Source of the DNA: Macrostomum lignano
Taxonomy: Eukaryota
NCBI GenBank assembly: GCA_002269645.1
Contig: NIVC01000001.1
Coordinates: 2,616,988 to 2,680,987, forward strand
Length of the DNA stretch: 64,000 nt
Direction of reading: 5' to 3'
Shown here: one piece after another, positions 55,811 to 64,000 of the stretch
Layout: each line of letters starts with the position of its first letter
Position numbering within the stretch: position 1 is the stretch's first letter
Program-made: the position numbers and the translations under genes
The notes under the pieces: model-generated
Databases searched by the model: none
Told to the model about the DNA's origin: nothing
What the model saw: the letters and a program-made list of their open reading frames with translations, nothing else

Positions 55811-57250
55811 GCAAACAAGCGAAAAAGAAATTGTGACCAAAAAAAACATGTTGATAAAAGGTTCTATTTTAGCTGCTTCTGTTTTTGATGAAAAAATTCT
55901 TTAGAAAACTTTTGCAATAAAGAAATTGCACCTCAATCTATCTGCTGGTTGTTTTTGTCAGATCGAGCAGAAATATCAATTGAAAATATCAATCAAATTA
56001 TGGAACTGTCGGAAAATCAGGTTCAGCTCACTATCGCATGACTGAATACCGCTCATGCCGAGTCGGGGTAAAGAACTTTGACACAAGGACAAGTCAAAAC
56101 GGCCATTCGGCCACCGGCACAATCAAATTTTTTAAGTGTAAAATAATAGCCGCCCAAAAGTGTGTTAAAATGACCTGAATTGGTGTTAAATTAATCGGCG
56201 TGCTAGGTAAAAATTCTATACAATCTACGTTTGCACCTTCTTGTGAACGAGTTGCTGATGAAGTACATTGACCATCAGCACACAACGCTGCGCGTCAGAG
56301 CATGTACGAGTGTCCTCAAATTCAAATTTCTGCTGATTCTGCTGAGCGGAATGGTGGAGACTCTCGAGAAATCGGATTTTTCTAGCGCAAATTTGTCTAT
56401 GGCCGAAACCCCATTCAGCGCTGTGCGTTCTCTGGAGCATTAGCGATATGGCAAATATAGGTTTCTTAACGGCCTCCAGCTCATTTCTAAGAAAGTCAAG
56501 TGTAGTGTCCTTGTACTTCGGTTGTCAATGGTGCCTACCTTGACTGCATGCTTCCTTAACAACGCCTTCAAAACTATATTGATGTAACCTCAACTCTCAT
56601 TCTCGAAACTTGAACTTTACATGAATAAAGCAATACATATCTCAACAATCAACATCCTAGCAGACTACTAATTGGGAAAAATTTGGCTTGAAACAAAATT
56701 CAACTACTTGTTCTATGGTATTACTGTTAGTAGTGAACTTAAAACACAATGTCAAGTATTTTTTCGGCCTGACAGATTTATCTTCTGCAATTCAGCCTTG
56801 AATTGTCTCGGGCCACCAGATCATGGTATCAGTGGCGTATCAGTAGCCTATTTAGCAGCGATCTAACCTTGGCCCACTCTGCTTAACTTGCAGACGCAGC
56901 TGCAAACTCGCGACCCTGCTTGCATGTTCTGCGCCGCGCCTTGAAAGAACCTTTTTAACAACCAACAAAATGTTTCAAAATCCCAAGATAGAATTAAAAA
57001 TGAATTGTTTTTTCGCTTCGCCTTTCGCTGGCAAATTGTTGGCAGAATACCGCCAATAAATGGCTCAACCAATCCGGTTTCAGGCGGTGGAAACTATTCA
57101 ACCAGTCCCCAGAACTCAATAAAAGCCAGGGAGTCAGCCCGTCCCCAGCGGCTGCCGCTACTCTCCGAGTTTTCAGCTCGACTTAAAAAAAAGACTGCCG
57201 AAAGCCCTCATTCCAAAGCACAGTTTTGACACCTTTAAGAAGCATCAGCC

Positions 57251-57666
57251 ATGGTCAACCAGATGAAGCTGCTCATCTTTATCATGCTAGTCGTCTGCCA
57301 GCTGGGTAAGTGGATGCTATTGACTTATCATCGCGCTTATAAAATTGATACCTAATTTTCTGTCGAATTGGAATCCTCAGGTCTCAACTCAGCGGGACCG
57401 GTTTCGCGTGAAGGTACGAGTTAATAGCAATTAGCAAAAACTCATAGTCCTTTCAATCGATACCATAATTGATCAATGATGGCGACCTGTTCTCAAAACC
57501 GATGCACACAGTTGCAGACTCTGCTGCTGCTCCGGTAGACGACGTCGACATCGCTTTGTCGGCTGCTGCGGCCAAAATTCGACAACAGTCGCTGGCTCAG
57601 CAGCGGCGCAGAGTCTACGGCAAGCTGATGGAGAGGCTCAGCAAGCGCTTCGTTACGGACTGGTAG
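57251..57666 (+). CDS. Small secreted peptide precursor (neuropeptide-like); exons 57251-57305, 57381-57413, 57518-57666; 78 aa
   Basis: MVNQMKLLIFIMLVVCQLGLNSAGPVSREDSAAAPVDDVDIALSAAAAKIRQQSLAQQRRRVYGKLMERLSKRFVTDW; two phase-1 GT-AG introns (75 and 104 bp); hydrophobic signal peptide; RRR and KR sites. Confidence 0.75.
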
Positions 57667-58473
57667 CAGCACCGATGGGCTGACGATCGAGACAATCTAG
57701 AATGCAAAAACACGCTGACTTCTGTCCTAACAGCCATGTTTGAGCTTTAGAAATCTACTATCAGCTGTAACTGGTCTGCAGGCTCACCATCGAATACTGC
57801 TACAGAGTTTTTTGTTCTGTTGTTGAAAAATAAAACAGAGAGTAGTTTACACAGACCATTGTTTGGTCTCCCCCCTAACAGCGCAGTGGACGCTTTTTGG
57901 CGCGTGTTCAAACCTGCATTGTCTCGCTTACTTTTTGCTCAACCACCCGTGGCTACGTGTAGGAGTATAGGAACTGCATCTTTGCATTGTATTGCTGCAG
58001 CAATGAGCTACATGTACTGAAAAAATTGAAGAGTTATGCTTTTTCATTCACCCTACTACTGACTAATTCTTAATGAGTACGCGAGCCATCAAATCTTGGC
58101 CAGGACTTCTTTGGTACAAAGTAGCTTGACTATTCGTATTCTTTGGATACAGCTTCTTGACCAACTTTCAACCCGCAATAACCTGCACTCCAGCAAACCT
58201 GGACCACGAATCACTCTTCTCCAGATCCTCATTTTCAGATGCCAGGAGGCGATTGCAGGACGCTGGCCTGCTGCGCGCAGCCTTCACGATCGGCGGCAAG
58301 AGAGTCTGCAATGCGGCACTGCATCACCAAGACGGTTTGGTCTGTCCAAGCGACCTGTTGCGCTGTTAGTGACTCCAGCTGACAGGCCGCACCATGACCT
58401 CACATCGAGTTGCACTGCCCGCAGCCGGTGCAGAACGCGCGGTTGTGGACGCTGCAGGCCAGGTTCAGCAGCC

Positions 58474-58756
58474 TAGGCTCGATTCTCAAATGCAGTCATC
58501 ACATTAATCTGGGGCTAAATTGGAATCTCGGCTTGGCTCTGCTCGTGCAATTAACGCCCTTGAGGGCCAACCCCCAAGGCTCAGTGAAGTGTACATGCCT
58601 AACGATAAATAAAGTCAGGGGCCACTGTACACTCCTGTGTGAGTATATGCCTGCGCGTATGACTGCGTACGTATCCGCGCGCTTGTGTGCCTGCTCAGGG
58701 GAGTCGGCGGAATGGGCAGTAATGCCTCTCGCCGGTTGTGCGACAATGTCGCTTAA
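58474..58756 (+). mobile_element. Second, head-degenerate copy of the tRNA-derived SINE family
   Basis: GGCTCGATTC...GGGGCTAAATTGGAATCTCGGCTTGGCTCTGCTCGTGCAATTAACG...CCTAACGATAAATAAAGT and a later TCGCCGGTTGTGCGACAATGT block match the reverse complement of 27094-27320. Confidence 0.8.
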
Positions 58757-59907
58757 AGTGCGACAGGGTGCACACAGTCCCTTGACTCTCATAAAAGCCC
58801 AACCGAGGCCGAGGACAGCCGCGGAATCAGCGTTTTGTCAACTGCCTGATGACTGACGCTGGCGTCCCGAATTAGGTGGGCCTGAGAGTGTACATGCGAA
58901 CAAACTAAATAGTTGGTCTACATTGAGTGCAAGCGAACGTAAAAATGCAAACGCACAGTCGTAACACTGACTGTCTATATAGTCCGATACTTTATCGAGC
59001 AGCCAACTTTTAGTTATGACCATATCTACATACCCGGTCTTTCCTCTGGACCTATTAGATTCAAGGATTCCTTAAATAGAGCTGAAAAAGTCTCCGGCCA
59101 TACAGACAGTCCAAGACTCCTTCTACTGCATACAGTCGGCAAAAGTAAAGCAATTTTGCCTGTCTAGCTCAGGGAAACACATCGAGCACAGATTTGATTT
59201 ATCATGCCCCCTTCAAGGTAATAAAATCAGCCTCCAAGTTGGGCATTACTGACAATCGGACCACTTCTCACAGAGTTTCGTTTGCTTGGGTAAAATCAGC
59301 CCCTACCGACTATATTCTTTTTTAAGGCAAAAAAAATTGCAAAAAAATCGAAAAAAAATATCAGAGTCTCTCATAGCACCATCAAACAAAATTGCTCATT
59401 CAATTTATCAACTATTTTCAGTCCATTTCGATAATTATTTATCATATTTTTCTCCATAGTGGCAGCTTATGGTATTTATTGGAATTTTTTGGTAGATTGG
59501 CAATTAAAATTAGCGAAGCTCAGGAGGACAAAAGATGGCGGCAGTTTTTCGTGCCAAACGCTTTCTGAAATCAATTAAATTTTGAAATCAACGAGCCTTT
59601 CAAATAATGAAAAGGCCCGCCTCAGTTACGCGTAAATTGCGCTTGTTAAAAATGCGCCAGGCGCAACAATTGGAGCTTCCGTAGGGCGTGGCTTGGCCGG
59701 CTATTTCTGTCTGTCTCTCAGGTTAATTGAGCGGGACTAATCTTTTCGGTTAAAATTTATACCTTTTTTGCGATCCAGTTCCCCAAAATTGCAATCCATT
59801 TTGCGCGCGGAACTTTCTGCCTATCCAATATCCCATTATGACCCTGCTTGAGCCATAGACTAATCTCCGAAAACTGCCTCCAAAGTTTGCCCAAGAAGAA
59901 TTTTCAT

Positions 59908-60266
59908 TTAGTGCTTCCAGCAACAAAGGCAATTAAAACACGAACTTGGCACAGAAACGAAGCAGGCCTCCGTCAATAAAAAAGTGTTTCGAACTTCAAT
60001 CTACGAGTATATTTGGCTTAAAGCAAACTTAACACGAAAAAGAAAAAAAAATTCACTGCGAGAAGGCAAAGTGAGCCGCCAGTAGAGCGCGACGGGGGTT
60101 TAAAAACACCCCTGCCACCCAAGGGGGGGCAGGCGGCGATGTACAATCAACGCGCTGGGCACTAAAGCCGGTTTGTGCACTTTCGCCGCACAAACCAGTC
60201 CATTAGTGCTTCCAGCAACAAAGGCAATTAAAACACGAACTTGGCACAGAAACGAAGCAGGCCTCC
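59908..60266 (-). repeat. Ngaro 3' split direct repeats: B1 60203-60266, presumed A2 59972-60202, B2 59908-59971
   Basis: Identical 64-bp TTAGTGCTTCCAGC...GCAGGCCTCC, copies 295 bp apart. Confidence 0.8.
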
Positions 60267-60340
60267 AAAGCCAAACACAACGGGGGATAAGAGCAGCAGC
60301 TAGGCATTGAGCAAAAAACAAATCAGCGGGAAGACCACCG

Positions 60341-61387
60341 TCAAAAATGAGCACTAAGGGCGGAAGAAAAATGCAGAGAGGCCGCAGCAGTGGCAACACC
60401 CGAGCGGGGCAAGTAGCGCTCCACCGCCGAACTCTTCCAGTCGCCGATCCGCTGGATCTCCGCCACCGGCAGGCCCATGCGAGCTGCCCAGGTGGCTCCA
60501 CCTCGACGCAGGCTGTGAGCCGAGTAGAGCTTGCCGCCACACCCAGCCCTCTGCAGCTTAGAGTCAAGAAACCGGTCCAAGTCCCGAGCAGCTAGATGGC
60601 GCCGCTGTCCATTGCGATCGATGAAGGACCAGAGTGGCGCCTCGGCCATCGCCAGCTTGTTGACACACAGATGTCGGCGAATCGCCACTACCGGGCAGAG
60701 CGCGGGGCAGGCGGGGAACTTCGGAAGCAGGACGTGGTGGACTCGATCACGGAACTGAATAGTCTTGCCAAAGTCCACGCTTAAGAGGAGGCCGCAACGG
60801 TGAGGTGTCAGATTCTGCACCTTCATCCCACTACCCAACTGAGGCGACGATAGAAGGAGTGATGATTTTCGCAGCATTCCCCACCAGGCAGTGATGGTGA
60901 CCGCCCAGCAGGCCAGTTGCCGATTGTCGCCCTTGTCAACCAGAGACCAAAGCTTTTGCAGCACCGACGGAGACATTGGTAGCTTCTGGTTGACCTGAAG
61001 CCCCAGCGCTCGCTTGCAGCCCCGCAGCAGATGCTGGGTGAGGGTATGCTTTGTCAGGTCCTGAGCGCCGTTCAGCCGAAACCACAGTGAAAGCGAGCTG
61101 ACGTGACCGCGAATGCTACTGTAGGCTCGCAGGCGCGTGCCCGTGAGGCCAGCCAGGTAGTTTAGCAGCGTGGACACAGTACACCCGGCGGGGTCGAGTC
61201 CCTTGGCTGAGCAGTACGCGCGCCAGGACCGCACGTGTGAGCTGATGGCGCTTTTCGAGCGGGCCGCGTAGGAGGAACCGAGTAGTTCACGGGCTCGGTG
61301 GCTGAGGTGGTCTGGCGCAGTCTGGCGACCTGAAAACGGAGAAAAGCGGATGTGGCAGCAGAAAGCGTGTGCCGGGAAAGCGAGCAA
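60341..61387 (-). CDS. Ngaro tyrosine recombinase, open ORF
   Basis: MLRKSSL (Arg), CPVVAI, YSAHSLRRGGAT (HxxR), IQRIGDWKSSAVERYL (W...Y). Confidence 0.92.
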   Translation of the reverse strand: MLAFPAHAFCCHIRFSPFSGRQTAPDHLSHRARELLGSSYAARSKSAISSHVRSWRAYCSAKGLDPAGCTVSTLLNYLAGLTGTRLRAYSSIRGHVSSLSLWFRLNGAQDLTKHTLTQHLLRGCKRALGLQVNQKLPMSPSVLQKLWSLVDKGDNRQLACWAVTITAWWGMLRKSSLLLSSPQLGSGMKVQNLTPHRCGLLLSVDFGKTIQFRDRVHHVLLPKFPACPALCPVVAIRRHLCVNKLAMAEAPLWSFIDRNGQRRHLAARDLDRFLDSKLQRAGCGGKLYSAHSLRRGGATWAARMGLPVAEIQRIGDWKSSAVERYLPRSGVATAAASLHFSSALSAHF

Positions 61388-61400
61388 TTGGTGAGACGCA

Positions 61401-62909
61401 TCAATGAGCCATAAAAGCGCAGCAAAAATTCAACAACTGACTGCCCTCGTGCAGCCGAGACGCGGCGTCAGCAAAAATTTGAAACGGCCCTGGCATATGG
61501 TAAGCACGCAGCTGAATGTTCTGACGAATGCAAAGCAGCGCCACCGTCTGCAACAGCCTCAACACCAGAGGGCACTTGGAGACCCCATTGTTGATAATAC
61601 AGCACGCTGCCATATTATCGCAGTAGATGCACAGCCGACAGTTGTGCAGGCGGTCCCGCCACGACAGCAACGCCATCAGAGGTATCGCAGCCTCCTTGTA
61701 ATTGATAGGCAGATCCCGAAAAACAGCATCCGCGTCGAGATCCCAATTAACGTAGCGCCAGTCACTCACGCCCCCCGGCAACCGCAGCACGGCAGCGCCG
61801 CCCACCAGGCAGGCGTCCGACTCGATCGCGGCATCGAAGTCGCCATTGAACCAGAGAGTCTTCCACCTTTGAGCTAGCAGAGCACACTTCCACCAGCGCA
61901 GCTGACTACGCAGGGCCGCATCCACCTCATCTTGCTGACCGACGGCCAAATTGTTAGAGCGCGAAATCAGGTCCTGAAGAAAGGGGCGACCGCATTCGAT
62001 CACCTGCGAAGCCCACACCAGCCTGCCGATGATCTGCTGTAAACTTTGCTTGCTGATGCGATCCTTGGCAGCAGCATCGTCCAGTTGCTCTAAAAGTTTC
62101 TCCACTTTCTCGTCTGAAAGCCGCTTCAGGCCCTTGACGGTGTCGAGCTCCACACCGAGAAACGTCATCCTTTGCGAAGGCCGCTGACACTTCGTCCAAT
62201 TCACGGTGAAGCCCAGTCTGGTCATCAGCGACGTCAACACATTAAAGAAGGCCTCGCACTCGTTTTGCAAACCGCAAAAGGCAAAATCGTCCAGATAGGC
62301 CTCAGTATTGACGAAGCCGCGGTGCACCATCATCAACTTGACCGCCTCGCTGAGATGATAGAAAGCCGTGACGGAAGCAGCAGCACCAAATGGCAGGCGC
62401 GTGTCCACCATGTAGGTGTCGCAAGCATCGCTACCTAGCCGAAACTTCAAACCGGTAAACTTTTGGTCGTCAGGATGGATCCCACATGAACGATAGGCTT
62501 CGCTTAGATCGACCTTGCACATAAAGTAATTCTTCTTAAGCCTCTTAGCAAAGTTCTGGACACAGGTGAAACGCAGTCTCTGCTCGCTCTCGTAAGCGGA
62601 GTTGACAGACTTCCCTTGCGGCCGGCTGCAGTCATGGATTAAGCGAACGCCACCGTTGGACTTCGGCAGCGCACCAAGGGCGCTGACTATGCGAGGTTTG
62701 TCACCAGCAGCACAGAGACGATAACGACCGAGACGAAGCTCATTAGCAATCTGACGCGCAACTCTGTCATGGTGCTTAAAAACCGATGAGTAGTTTGCCA
62801 CTTCAACCAGCTCGTTGCCATGCATCTGACGATTGGTGATGCGAAAGCCACTAGCAACGCCATCAAGGATAAAAGCCATCCGACCGGGCGGGAGATCCAG
62901 CTTGGACAA
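61401..62909 (-). CDS. Ngaro reverse transcriptase + RNase H, open ORF
   Basis: VRLIHDCS, KVDLSEAY, LPFGAAAS, YLDD, FLGVELD; RNase H ESDAC, INYKEA, YCDN, FADAASR. Confidence 0.95.
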   Translation of the reverse strand: MSKLDLPPGRMAFILDGVASGFRITNRQMHGNELVEVANYSSVFKHHDRVARQIANELRLGRYRLCAAGDKPRIVSALGALPKSNGGVRLIHDCSRPQGKSVNSAYESEQRLRFTCVQNFAKRLKKNYFMCKVDLSEAYRSCGIHPDDQKFTGLKFRLGSDACDTYMVDTRLPFGAAASVTAFYHLSEAVKLMMVHRGFVNTEAYLDDFAFCGLQNECEAFFNVLTSLMTRLGFTVNWTKCQRPSQRMTFLGVELDTVKGLKRLSDEKVEKLLEQLDDAAAKDRISKQSLQQIIGRLVWASQVIECGRPFLQDLISRSNNLAVGQQDEVDAALRSQLRWWKCALLAQRWKTLWFNGDFDAAIESDACLVGGAAVLRLPGGVSDWRYVNWDLDADAVFRDLPINYKEAAIPLMALLSWRDRLHNCRLCIYCDNMAACCIINNGVSKCPLVLRLLQTVALLCIRQNIQLRAYHMPGPFQIFADAASRLHEGSQLLNFCCAFMAH

Positions 62910-62981
62910 CTCCGCCTGCCACTGGGCCAGATTGAGATCAGAGGATAAAACAGGAGGAATAAAATTCGCGCTATGATCGAG

Positions 62982-64000
62982 TCAGTGTTGCGGTTTCTCC
63001 TCACCGCTCGATTCGTCGCGGTGGAAGGCTGCCTCAGAGTGCGCCAGGCCGCATCTTCGGCAGCGATGCAGGAACGACAGCTCTTTGCGTTCGCACCCGC
63101 GTATCCTGTTGTAGTCGAAGCAAACCAGTTGATTGCGCTTCTGGGCACCACCCCCGATTGCTGCTTCTGGGAGCCATGAGTACGCCGCAACCAGACTCAG
63201 GTCCGAGCTGGCGACTCCCACTTGCCATCAGACGTTTGGCTGAGCCGGCACTCGTCATCAAAATCTCATCACACGGCTCTTGTCGAAGCCCAGGTCCAAC
63301 AACTCGCCAATGCGTGCGGTGTACCTGAAATAGTCTCTGAGCTCTGCCACATCCAATCGACCATGCTGATCCAGTCTGACTAGACGCCCGTCAGTCAGCA
63401 TCTGAAGCATCGCTGCGCATTGCCGTCACCCAATCGCCTAACGACAGCGCCTCGACCGCCACTTCTTTAGACTTACTCTGGCCTAGAAGACACTGCTTGC
63501 GCTTGCTGACGAAGTCAACGATTCGGTAGACGCTACTGTACTTCTCCCTGAGGCTCCATGTTCTCATGCTTGCTGCCCAACTTCATGCTGCCACACATCC
63601 AGTTAGGCAATTTAGCAACTCACCCGCGTACATCACGAGCCTCAGAACGGCCGACCGTAGCTGCCGAACTCGGATTCCAGCTGCGCTTCTTCTTTGCGCC
63701 AGCTTCAGCAGACGGATTCGCTTCTCCGCCTCAGCAGCTGTTCGTCCAGGCCGCCAGCCGCGCAGACCCACCGTTCTCGACCTGTCGCCGATTTGGGGGG
63801 CTGCCCCCGCTGCTCGCTACCGCCGAGTTCTGCCCTGTAGCTCGCAGAATGGCTGAACGTTCGTCAGCTCGTCACTCTCGACAGAGGTCTCCACGTCTTG
63901 AATATGGGCGCGAAGCCTTTGGACTAGTTTTGCTTTGTTGCCAGAGGTTGGCAAACCAAGCTCCTTTAGTTTCCCTCGCAGTGCTGGCACAGTTGTGGGG
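62982..64000 (-). pseudogene. Ngaro gag, disrupted; N-terminal SAP domain and degenerate C-terminal zinc finger
   Basis: TVPALRGKLKELGLPTSGNKAKLVQRLRAH at about 63993-63890; YFRYTARIGELL..GF...FDDECR; CFDYNRIRGCERKELSFLHRCRRCGLAH; contains stops and frameshifts. Confidence 0.75.

Larger units (their letters stand above)
59908..64000 (-). mobile_element. Ngaro-type tyrosine-recombinase retrotransposon; 5' end lies beyond the window
   Basis: gag - RT/RNase H - YR order, no methyltransferase domain seen, split direct repeats at the 3' end. Confidence 0.9.

Noticed and set aside
58220-58465. GC-rich exon-like segments with AG/GT sites
   Set aside because: Several frames are possible, no motif is recognised and no start was found.

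Overview
Repeat-rich eukaryotic (animal, invertebrate) genomic DNA. It has spliceosomal GT-AG introns, GC-rich exons, and roughly 30% of the window is tandem repeat by rough tally. The style is reminiscent of the flatworm Macrostomum, but that is inference only. Most long ORFs in the track are artefacts of stop-free minisatellites. Host-like genes reconstructed by hand: a 3-exon BEN-domain gene (20255-22687, +), an NTF2 exon (26171-26538, +), a 3-exon class A peptide GPCR with a 1-nt frameshift (48002-53485, -), and a 3-exon, 78-aa secreted peptide-precursor-like gene missed by the ORF track (57251-57666, +), head-to-head with the GPCR. Mobile elements: CMC-type transposase, decayed THAP/P-element, decayed Ty3/gypsy, a Crypton (tyrosine recombinase) locus, a 1.9-kb non-autonomous LTR element with apparently identical LTRs, MITEs, two tRNA-SINE copies, a Tc1/IS630 remnant, a 4.3-kb foldback element whose arms are 161-bp satellite arrays, and an Ngaro retroelement. 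The most unusual structure is the Crypton locus (11525-14530): a full and a truncated paralogous recombinase module in tandem, each bracketed by inverted repeats and separated by long hairpins that share a 25-nt core containing a GC(GNA)GC mini-hairpin but have unrelated arms. No CRISPR, rRNA or intact tRNA genes were seen. No database searches were run; family calls rest on motif recognition.
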